Source: a virus
Taxonomy: Duplodnaviria; Caudoviricetes
Strand: one strand, 5' to 3'
DNA: 64,000 bases
Virus record (IMG/VR): IMGVR_UViG_3300017909_004705
Below the pieces are notes generated by a model, which was not told where the DNA came from, made no database searches, and was given only the letters and a program-made list of their open reading frames with translations. Positions 56,482 through 64,000 of the stretch are shown one piece after another (within the stretch, counting starts at the first letter, position 1; each line of letters begins with the position of its first letter). The position numbers and the translations under genes were made by a program.

Positions 56482-58107
56482 CTATTTGACTCCTATCACA
56501 CACTCTGTGAGTGCTGTTTCTTCATTATATTTAGCTTTTATTAAACGCCCTATTACATTAAAATGGTTGCATTCGTCTGCCGTGGCCACACGTGCTTCGG
56601 CATTTCCTGCCGAAACTAGCCTGTCACCTGCCTTGCCAGTGCCTTTGAGCTTCACGAACACACGTCCTTTCAGTGCTACCATAGGATGTGTGTGGTTGTT
56701 TCCTGCCTGTGCATTCATCAAAAATGCTGGTGAATCTGACACTACACCAAAAACAGCGTCTGAAAGTTCAGTTTGACATTTGGTAACTTCAGCATGGCCT
56801 CCCAACTGCACTACATCACCTGCTTCTGTTTCACAGTCAGCCTCGTATCTCTCTGCCAAGTCAGCATATTGGGCCGATGTCGATGTAGCGTGAACAATGT
56901 TTGCTCTTAGATCAACCAAGGTTGGTGCTTCTAGTTCAGTGTCACCATCAGCGCCTTTGAACGCCGTCCAGGCACCACCTGCATTGCCATGAATCGTTGT
57001 GCCGTCATCCGCGAATGTTTCGTCCCACACCCAATAAAGGTTCTGTTCTGTTGCACTCGATGTTGCACCTCTGTTGACCTTCAATCCAGAATAACTTGGC
57101 ATTCCTGCGTTTGAAGAAATATTCCTATTCAATTCTATTATATTGTCTTCTACAGAAAGAGTTACTGTGTTCATTATGGTGTTTGTGCCATCAACTGTCA
57201 AATCGCCAACTCTTAGATGTTCAATCCTTCCTGTGGATCCTTTGATTCTTAACGCTTCTGTCTGTGTTCCACCGTCATTGACCGTGAAAATTATGTCTTT
57301 GTTTTCTGTAGTTTGTGCAATGGTGAAATCATCGCTTGAAAGTTGCATGGTTACATCTGAACCGGCACCTATTGTAATACCTAAATCATTCAACACACCC
57401 AAACTTCCTGATGTTGTGTCATTGGCATTGGATCTTAGGTAGTTGGCCGCGGCTACTCCACCCAATGAATCCGAGTCTGTGGAGGTACCTCTGAATTTTG
57501 CAGAAGTTACCGCTGATGAAAGTTGAATACCCTGTGCGACTGTGGAATATCCTGCCGCGATAAGAGCCGCGCCTGCCGTCTCCGAAGAGCTAGGAGTAAA
57601 TGCCAAGTTGGAAACAACTCCAACCACAGCATCATTGGCCACAAATTTTAAGATGTCTCTGTTTACACCGGTGTTGTCTTGTATGGTTTCTGGAATGGCA
57701 TTGGTCACACCTGAACCTGCAACCGTTGTTGGTCCAATCAGTGTCCAAGCAGATCCATCATATACGTAATACTGTTTGTTGGTAGTGTCAAACCATTCAT
57801 CACCAAGCACAGCATTAGTTGGTGCAGTGGTTGACGGAGTAGGTCCCAGTGGTTTAAATTTTGCTCCTGTGTACACGTTAAGTTGATTGTTAGTCTTGTC
57901 GTACCACAGTTGTCCTTGAATTTTGTTGTTTGGTGCTGATGTGTTGTTAAAATTTTCTAGAAGTTTTACAAGGTTTTCATTCAACGCCTCTCCGAAACCC
58001 GCATAACCTTTTCCGATCAGTGTGAGATCAGTTGTGGTTGTGTCTATCGTTCCATCCGCGAGGGTGACCAATAAGGTTCCGAATGTGTTGTTTATCTTGT
58101 AAGCCAT
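56482..58107 (-). CDS. Tail fibre/virion structural protein with C-terminal chaperone-like domain
   Basis: MAYKINNTFG..DGTIDT..LIGKGYAGFGE.LNENLVKLLENF; GQLWYD; C-terminal QYADLAERYEAD..VALKGRV. Confidence 0.75.
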   Translation of the reverse strand: MAYKINNTFGTLLVTLADGTIDTTTTDLTLIGKGYAGFGEALNENLVKLLENFNNTSAPNNKIQGQLWYDKTNNQLNVYTGAKFKPLGPTPSTTAPTNAVLGDEWFDTTNKQYYVYDGSAWTLIGPTTVAGSGVTNAIPETIQDNTGVNRDILKFVANDAVVGVVSNLAFTPSSSETAGAALIAAGYSTVAQGIQLSSAVTSAKFRGTSTDSDSLGGVAAANYLRSNANDTTSGSLGVLNDLGITIGAGSDVTMQLSSDDFTIAQTTENKDIIFTVNDGGTQTEALRIKGSTGRIEHLRVGDLTVDGTNTIMNTVTLSVEDNIIELNRNISSNAGMPSYSGLKVNRGATSSATEQNLYWVWDETFADDGTTIHGNAGGAWTAFKGADGDTELEAPTLVDLRANIVHATSTSAQYADLAERYEADCETEAGDVVQLGGHAEVTKCQTELSDAVFGVVSDSPAFLMNAQAGNNHTHPMVALKGRVFVKLKGTGKAGDRLVSAGNAEARVATADECNHFNVIGRLIKAKYNEETALTECVIGVK

Positions 58108-58110
58108 ACT

Positions 58111-58290
58111 TTAATTGTTTGATGCGTTGTCTCTTACGTCTACTAGAAAACTAACATCACCCACCAACTTGATTAATATAGCCGCTAATTCTGGTGTAAG
58201 CATTTGATCTATCTTTGCCTCTTCGGCATCAGTCCATGCTGTTCCGTAGTTTGCATTGATGTAATCTGCCACTTCTTGTTTTGTTGCCAT
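58111..58290 (-). CDS. Small protein (59 aa, not in ORF track)
   Basis: MATKQEVADYINANYG..IDQMLTPELAAILIKLVG..*; AAGGAG RBS and TAAATA (58311-58316) upstream. Confidence 0.6.
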   Translation of the reverse strand: MATKQEVADYINANYGTAWTDAEEAKIDQMLTPELAAILIKLVGDVSFLVDVRDNASNN

Positions 58291-58309
58291 TTAAATGTAC
58301 TCCTTATGC

Positions 58310-58774
58310 TTATTTATTACGGCTGTTGATCTGCTCATCGTCTGATATCCAAGTTAAATCCTCAGAATATGCCCCATCGAGATCACGTAAAAATGTCTTA
58401 ACATTGCTTTCCGTAAGCATCATATTGTGGTATTTTGTGTATCTTTTGTGAAGTGCCTGTTCCTTTGTGGCGGTGTATACCAACTTCAGCTCTCTTTCTT
58501 TTGCCAGTTTCATTATACTGTCTATGCACAACTTCAAAGCAGTGTGTACTTTGCGACTATCCGCCTGTTTATCAGTGACAATCCATTCCATGAATCCAAA
58601 CTGTGTGCCCTCTCCTATGTACAATCCTCCAGCACACAATGGCTTTCCGTTGTCTTCAATGATGATTCCCTCTGGTGGAAGGCACTCCTTTGGCACTTTG
58701 CCAAATTCCCAATCAGCCCACCACTTGACTAAGGTGTCATAATCTTTATCTCTGTCCCACTTCCTACTTTGCAT
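58310..58774 (-). CDS. GNAT-like acyltransferase
   Basis: DYDTLVKWW..W..PKECLP..G..PLCAGGLY...FMEWIV; alpha/beta GNAT pattern. Confidence 0.55.
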   Translation of the reverse strand: MQSRKWDRDKDYDTLVKWWADWEFGKVPKECLPPEGIIIEDNGKPLCAGGLYIGEGTQFGFMEWIVTDKQADSRKVHTALKLCIDSIMKLAKERELKLVYTATKEQALHKRYTKYHNMMLTESNVKTFLRDLDGAYSEDLTWISDDEQINSRNK

Positions 58775-59342
58775 TTTTTTGTATCACTATCTTGTTTATG
58801 TTATATCTTTTTGAAAAGCACATGTCTACGCATTCGGCCACATCTCCTGCATCCAACTTTGGGTATTCATCCCATAATCCATTGCTCATATCGGTATCTA
58901 CAGTGTCGGGACAAACATCATATATCTGTATGGGATAATCATAAAGATCTTGTTGAGCCTTCTCGATAAATTCAATCAATTCTTTTTTGTTTTTGCAATA
59001 CCAATTATATTCTTGTTGCTTTAAACTGCTATCCATGCCAGCCTGGGTGCCAGACGTGCTTGTAATTACTGCCACATGCTTCTCATCATTTTTATATAAG
59101 TCAATGATTGCTTTTAACATTTTAAGTTGACTGTCTTTTGCGTAGGCATTCAACACAATATATTTGAAGTTTGCCATTTGTTGCACAATGGCATCACAGT
59201 CTTTGTCGACATCGAGTCCTTCTGACTTTGATACTCCATAACAAAAATAATTTTTTGATTTGTACAAGTCAAATATTGCCTTTCCTATACCTCTGGTGTG
59301 GCCTGTAACAAATATCCTAGGTTTTTTGCTTTCTTGACTCAT
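58764..59342 (-). CDS. Short-chain dehydrogenase/reductase
   Basis: VTGHTRGIGKA, YCKNK (YxxxK) and CPDTVDTDM motifs. Confidence 0.8.
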   Translation of the reverse strand: MSQESKKPRIFVTGHTRGIGKAIFDLYKSKNYFCYGVSKSEGLDVDKDCDAIVQQMANFKYIVLNAYAKDSQLKMLKAIIDLYKNDEKHVAVITSTSGTQAGMDSSLKQQEYNWYCKNKKELIEFIEKAQQDLYDYPIQIYDVCPDTVDTDMSNGLWDEYPKLDAGDVAECVDMCFSKRYNINKIVIQKNAK

Positions 59343-59988
59343 ATGTATCAACTAAATTTTCCAGCCCTTCAAAACATTCTGAATAATGCTGGTAATATTT
59401 TTCAAACTTCTCTTTAGTATACTCTGATTCTTTGAAAAAGTCAATTAGCAAGGTGGTTCTCTCACCAGGATTATTGTTGAAACCGTTGTGTAACTGCCTG
59501 TCTGGCTGAAATACAAAAGCATCTCCAGTTTTCCAAGTGTACAACTCTTGCTTTTCCGTATCAATGTTCATTACGTACATACCGCTTTGATCTCCACCAC
59601 CGTCATCTAGGCACATTTGATATCTCCAACCGCCTTCGTTGTCAGTATGATTACCAATTTTCGTGTTTGGGCCAACCGTCATAATAGCAACATTAGTCTT
59701 GTAAGGAAATTTCCTTAGTATCGAATACAGTATCGGATAATCATTGAATGACTGACCTTCGTGATCTCCTGATTGTATTCCAAGTGCCCGCCACTGTCCA
59801 TGCACATAGTCACCTGACTTGTCATCAAAATCGTCAGGAAGTCCTCGCACACTGTCGGAAAAATCTTCTGGGTCTAGAAAAGTTTTGTTAGGTTGGGTGT
59901 CAAACTCGTGTTTAATGTTTTGCCAGTGTTTGTCTAACTGTCTAAAACATTCGCCTTGTTTTCCGTGGTAAAAACTTTTATCAAGCAT
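59317..59988 (-). CDS. Aspartyl/asparaginyl beta-hydroxylase-like 2OG-Fe(II) oxygenase
   Basis: W..IKHEF, PNTKIGNHTD, W..G..FVF...LH..FN...ERTTLLIDF. Confidence 0.8.
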   Translation of the reverse strand: MLDKSFYHGKQGECFRQLDKHWQNIKHEFDTQPNKTFLDPEDFSDSVRGLPDDFDDKSGDYVHGQWRALGIQSGDHEGQSFNDYPILYSILRKFPYKTNVAIMTVGPNTKIGNHTDNEGGWRYQMCLDDGGGDQSGMYVMNIDTEKQELYTWKTGDAFVFQPDRQLHNGFNNNPGERTTLLIDFFKESEYTKEKFEKYYQHYSECFEGLENLVDTYESRKQKT

Positions 59989-61402
59989 TCAGTATATTAA
60001 CATTTTTATCATGTATCTGTCTATCATGATCCTGCCAATTACTAAAAATATCTTCGCCGTGGTTGATTAGTTCTTGCTGTTCGCTTAATTCGAAGTAATC
60101 TGTGAATTCTGTTCCATTAATTATGATTCTTCTGTTTTCGTTACCGAACACATAAACAATCACTTCATCATCACCTAATGCAACACCTAGTCTACTGTCT
60201 TGAACCCGTACCCATGCACCGTCTTCTTTGACCATGTGTGTGCCAGAAACTTGTATTCCATTGTAGTCATATAAGTTGTCTATCAAGAATTTACCTGTTG
60301 CGAACACTTTGCCTCCTACTGAAACCTCATCACCTATGTCAACTTGCTCGACCGGTTTCAAAGAACCGTCTGCCATGGATATCATGGTGCCTGCTATGAA
60401 ACAACCACCGCCCGATCCTGTAGAACCTGATGCTGATCCTCCTGATGCGTTTCCAAACCCTGCTGATGTGCTTATGAAGTTTATTCCGCTGTTGAACAAT
60501 GCCTTCCAAGAACCACCAATTTTAACATATCCTGCTGTTATTCTTTTCCATACATTGTTGACTTTGAAGAAAGCGTCATTGATGCCTTTCCATGTGCCAC
60601 CAACTTTAAATTTACCTTCTACACTTGTATTGAATATCACTACTGCAAGACCGTCTGCTCCAGATCCACTAGGATTGCCGCCTACTGCAACTCCTGATTG
60701 ATAGTAGGCATTATCTGTTCCGCCTGGTGTTACTCCAGAACCGTTGCTTTCTGTGCCACCTGCCGCTGTGTTTGATCCTGATGTACCACCGGTACCACCG
60801 TTGTCACCTGAACCACCGTTACCACCAGTACCTCCGTCAGTACCCCCTCCACCGGCACCTGCACCACCTCCGTCTCCAGAGTGTCCTGCACCGTTTTCTC
60901 CCAGTGTGCCTGGTGAGTTAGATGTTGCTGAATTTGAGTTGGAACCTGATGTACCGTTCGAGGCAATACCAGCACCTGCTCCACCACCGCCTCCTCCAGC
61001 GGTTGCTATTTCGTTTCCGTCGACTAATACTACTGTGGCACCTCCGCCACCGCCGCCTGAGCCTGATGAACCACGTGGACCTGATGAACCACCAGTACCA
61101 CCCGAGTACCCTGCTATGCTTTTGCCGTTTGTTCCACCTGGGGCACCACCGCCACCACCTCCACCGGCTCCACCGCCGCCTACTGCGACAGTCATTGTCT
61201 TGCCAATGTTGGATGTCATTGAAATTGCTGTTGCAGAAACGTGATGTCCTGCGGCGCCTGTGCCTCCCGGGCCACCTCGGTCACCGCCACCACCGCCACC
61301 AGCGCCACCCCATAGGTGTACGTCAATTGATTGTGTGCCAGGTGGTATTTCGACCTGTCGAAGTGTTCCTGAGTATAAAAAAGTATTAACTATTGCCGCC
61401 AT
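59981..61402 (-). CDS. Glycine-rich virion protein with C-terminal Hint domain
   Basis: LWGGAGGGG Gly-rich region; K..G.WK repeats; GGG/CFIAGTMISMADGSLKPVEQVDIGD, VSGTH and VYVF..FTDY. Confidence 0.8.
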   Translation of the reverse strand: MAAIVNTFLYSGTLRQVEIPPGTQSIDVHLWGGAGGGGGGDRGGPGGTGAAGHHVSATAISMTSNIGKTMTVAVGGGGAGGGGGGGAPGGTNGKSIAGYSGGTGGSSGPRGSSGSGGGGGGATVVLVDGNEIATAGGGGGGAGAGIASNGTSGSNSNSATSNSPGTLGENGAGHSGDGGGAGAGGGGTDGGTGGNGGSGDNGGTGGTSGSNTAAGGTESNGSGVTPGGTDNAYYQSGVAVGGNPSGSGADGLAVVIFNTSVEGKFKVGGTWKGINDAFFKVNNVWKRITAGYVKIGGSWKALFNSGINFISTSAGFGNASGGSASGSTGSGGGCFIAGTMISMADGSLKPVEQVDIGDEVSVGGKVFATGKFLIDNLYDYNGIQVSGTHMVKEDGAWVRVQDSRLGVALGDDEVIVYVFGNENRRIIINGTEFTDYFELSEQQELINHGEDIFSNWQDHDRQIHDKNVNILNA

Positions 61403-61406
61403 GGGA

Positions 61407-62846
61407 TTAGCTCTCCCTTACGAACCAAAGATCCCCGTTTGAGCCTTGACCAGATGTAGGTGCTGAGGTCTCAACGTATCTGTTACCTGCTATGCTGTTG
61501 CTACCGTCGTCGGATATTGTAGAGCCACCCCATAATTTTAGTGATTTGGTTACCTGCCCTAGCGTTGTTACATCTGCACTTGTTGTTGACGATGAAGAAG
61601 TGATGTCAGATCCAACAGCGGCCAATGTCAATGTCGTGACTTTAAGGTTACCTGTTGACGAATCTGTTATCAGAGGTTTTGTGCCTTTGTTAGCATCACC
61701 GTCGTCTGTCGCGTCTAACAGTCTTAACACTTGCGAGTATGTTCCACCTGAACCTGCTGTCCAGTGGTTCTCAGATGCGTCCCAGAATATTCTTGCGTCA
61801 TCTGTGTCTGGAGTCTCAACTATGAATCCTGCATCAACGTCTCCACCACTGGAGTTGACCTTGATGAATGTGTCTGTGTGTTCTGATATGTTGGATGAAG
61901 TGTAACTGTATGCACCACTAACATTCAAATTTCCTGTGATTGTCACATCACCTGTGATGTCAACACCACCATCGGCACCTGTCAATGTCAAAGGTGTTTT
62001 TGTGCTACCACCATCGTTGACTGTGAATTTTAGATCCTTGTCCTGTGATGTCTGTGCAATAGTGACATCATTGCTCGAAACTGAAATTGTCAATTCTTGT
62101 GCGTCACCTACCACAACTCCTGTGTCATTGTCTACCGTCAATGACCCTGTTGTAGTGTCATTGGCATCCGCTCTCAGAAAGTTACCACCGGCTATGACCG
62201 TGGCTGAAGTGTTTGACGTGCCTGAAACATCTATGTTTGCCGCCTGTGTGTTGGTTCCTTCGAACACCGCACTCAAAGTCGAGTTCAGTGTGAAGCCTGC
62301 TTTGATCTCCGCAAATCCCGACTGTGACACACTTGGTGTGAAAGTTTCTTTGGAAAGTATCGCCACCCTAGTGTTGCCCACGTACATCGAAGATACGACC
62401 TTGTCTCCACCTGCACTAGCCAGTGTCTCGATCTTCCAACCTGACAGTGTCTGCCCTGCTGTGTATACTGGGCCAACCAGCACGAATGCTGATCCTGTGT
62501 ACACATACAGTTGGTCATCTGTTGAATTGTGCCAAAGATCTCCTGCTGATGCTGAAGTTGGTGCTGATGCCTGGGACTTCGCCGCACCCGTTGGTTTGAA
62601 TGCTGATCCGTCGTAAACTTTCAACTGTGCTGTGTTGGTGTCGAACCAAAGTTCACCCCTCAGAGGTGAAGTTGGAGCCGACGTGCTGGCCGCGTTTTCC
62701 AATAATTTTACTAAATTTTCGTTAAGGCCTTCACCAAAACCCGAGAAGCTCTTTCCAAACAACTGCAACGAAGTGGTGTTATCGACCGTTCCGTCCGTGA
62801 TTGTTGTTACTACTGTTCCGTCTGTTTTGTTAATTGTGTACGCCAT
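61407..62846 (-). CDS. Tail fibre/virion structural protein
   Basis: MAYTINKTDG..DGTVDNTT..GFGEGLNENLVKLLEN; GELWFD; GDLW; paralog of 56482-58107; TAAATA 6 nt upstream. Confidence 0.75.
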   Translation of the reverse strand: MAYTINKTDGTVVTTITDGTVDNTTSLQLFGKSFSGFGEGLNENLVKLLENAASTSAPTSPLRGELWFDTNTAQLKVYDGSAFKPTGAAKSQASAPTSASAGDLWHNSTDDQLYVYTGSAFVLVGPVYTAGQTLSGWKIETLASAGGDKVVSSMYVGNTRVAILSKETFTPSVSQSGFAEIKAGFTLNSTLSAVFEGTNTQAANIDVSGTSNTSATVIAGGNFLRADANDTTTGSLTVDNDTGVVVGDAQELTISVSSNDVTIAQTSQDKDLKFTVNDGGSTKTPLTLTGADGGVDITGDVTITGNLNVSGAYSYTSSNISEHTDTFIKVNSSGGDVDAGFIVETPDTDDARIFWDASENHWTAGSGGTYSQVLRLLDATDDGDANKGTKPLITDSSTGNLKVTTLTLAAVGSDITSSSSTTSADVTTLGQVTKSLKLWGGSTISDDGSNSIAGNRYVETSAPTSGQGSNGDLWFVRES

Positions 62847-62870
62847 TTCTTATATTTACCTCATCTTTTT

Positions 62871-64000
62871 TTAATTTAGAACCGTCTGACTTGTAAAATA
62901 AGTTTGTGTTTCAAAACTGAAAATTACAAACATGTGTTTGCCGTTAGTAGTTGAACCATCACCGACTGTAACAGTGGACTGGGTTACCCCATCTACCTGA
63001 AATACTATTTCCCTAATCGTTGCTGTCTGTGTAACTACTGTTAAGAATTTTATTGTTCCGTTTTGAATATTTGTAAAATTCAAGGTAACGTCAGCGTTTA
63101 CAAACACTTCGGCGTATCTTGAATTAGACATGTCTATAGTTTGATTAGTTGTAACTCCAGCACTAATTGTTCCTTTAGACTGAACTTCACCAATTATGCT
63201 GTCTGCTGTGAAATTTCCTTGAACTTGTAAATCATCGTTAATCGTCACAGCACTTGAATCTGTTGCACTTAATGACGTGCCTGTTATAGATAATCCGTCA
63301 AGCACAACCGCACCTGTTCCTGAACCTTTTAGCACAAGGTTGTCATTTGATCTACTTGCTACTATCTCATTATCATTTATCGTTACACCTTGGCTTTTAA
63401 TCTCTGTTGCATCTAATGTGTCAAAGAACGCTGTTGCGAATCTATTTCCGTCTGTACCTAAATTGTGTGTTGAATCTGCACTTGGCAATATGGCTTCTGA
63501 GTTTAATGTTCCTGTAAGAGTACCTCCAGTTAATAAAAGGTTGAGACTTGCTGAGCCTGTCACTGTCCCTGTAACATCTCCTGTTACGTCACCTGTTACA
63601 TCTCCTACCACGTTTCCTGTTATAGGTCCTGTGAATGCTGTTGCGTTTACTGTGCCTGACACATCCAGTTTTGTGGTCGGCGTTAATGTGCCTATCCCTA
63701 TCCTGGCCACCGATCCGTCCATTGTCATCAGCGTGGTTGTTGTACCGCCTGTGTTGACTTTGAAGGTGATATCTGAATCTGATATGATGTTTTGCATCAC
63801 TACACCACTGCTGTCAACAGTCAGTGAGAGATCGTTGTCAACTCCGACCTTGAGTCCGTTATCATTGAGAATTCCTAAAGTTCCTGTTGTGGTATCATTG
63901 GCGTTTGATCTGAGATAATTGGCCGCCGCAACTCCACCTAATGCATCTGCGTCTGTTGACGTGCCTGCAAATTTAAGATCTGATATTGACGTTGATAATG
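62871..64000 (-). CDS. Tail fibre/virion structural protein (5'-truncated by window edge)
   Basis: Frame stays open to the window end: KFAGTSTDADALGGVAAANYLRSNANDTTTG, which matches 56482-58107. Confidence 0.75.
   Translation of the reverse strand, partial: LSTSISDLKFAGTSTDADALGGVAAANYLRSNANDTTTGTLGILNDNGLKVGVDNDLSLTVDSSGVVMQNIISDSDITFKVNTGGTTTTLMTMDGSVARIGIGTLTPTTKLDVSGTVNATAFTGPITGNVVGDVTGDVTGDVTGTVTGSASLNLLLTGGTLTGTLNSEAILPSADSTHNLGTDGNRFATAFFDTLDATEIKSQGVTINDNEIVASRSNDNLVLKGSGTGAVVLDGLSITGTSLSATDSSAVTINDDLQVQGNFTADSIIGEVQSKGTISAGVTTNQTIDMSNSRYAEVFVNADVTLNFTNIQNGTIKFLTVVTQTATIREIVFQVDGVTQSTVTVGDGSTTNGKHMFVIFSFETQTYFTSQTVLN
63557..63620 (-). repeat. 12-nt coding tandem repeat (G-D/N/T-V-T)
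   Basis: Encodes GNVVGDVTGDVTGDVTGTVTG. Confidence 0.6.

Noticed and set aside
59981-60410. Classical splicing intein or homing endonuclease
   Set aside because: No terminal His-Asn/Cys-Ser-Thr junction and no endonuclease domain; treated as a Hint autoprocessing domain.
60420-61310. CCACCG-rich repeats as a CRISPR array, collagen or DGR target
   Set aside because: They are poly-Gly codons with no spacers, no Gly-X-Y period and no reverse transcriptase nearby.
1-64000. Alternative genetic code, tRNA genes, or a bacterial chromosome origin
   Set aside because: Genes tile densely under code 11, no cloverleaf was seen in the short intergenic gaps, and PolB, T4-like late promoters and tail genes indicate a phage.

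Overview
A 64-kb segment of a large, AT-rich, T4-like dsDNA phage. It is probably marine with an alphaproteobacterial (SAR11-like) host, inferred from TrxB, GuaC, DUF3553 and NCS2-type genes. Two gene blocks converge near 36.9 kb. The + strand block holds four parts: (i) 0.2-9.5 kb, small late genes with M-K-I-x-E N-termini, built from Lys/Arg-rich modules (most with two Cys) that are sometimes fused to enzymes (Cu/Zn SOD, flavodoxin, pterin dehydratase); (ii) PolB, a probable clamp and a TGT-fold DpdA; (iii) a 7-deazaguanine pathway (DpdL/QueD-like, FolE, QueE) mixed with a glycosyltransferase, GalE, guanine salvage genes, an amidinotransferase, a SET protein and a peroxiredoxin; (iv) RNase H and MoxR/VWA. 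The - strand block holds three paralogous tail/virion proteins and a Gly-rich protein with a Hint domain. These are followed by about 18 kb of glycan/modification genes: 4 glycosyltransferase-like genes, 5 tandem radical SAM genes, an SGNH-like protein, a methyltransferase, a carbamoyltransferase, amino-sugar enzymes and two paralogous unannotated peptides. Sequence-level signals are apparent strict avoidance of GCWGC, and TAANTA late boxes and sigma70 promoters lying 5-9 nt before start codons. No tRNA, rRNA or CRISPR array was seen. All family calls come from motif recognition, not database searches.
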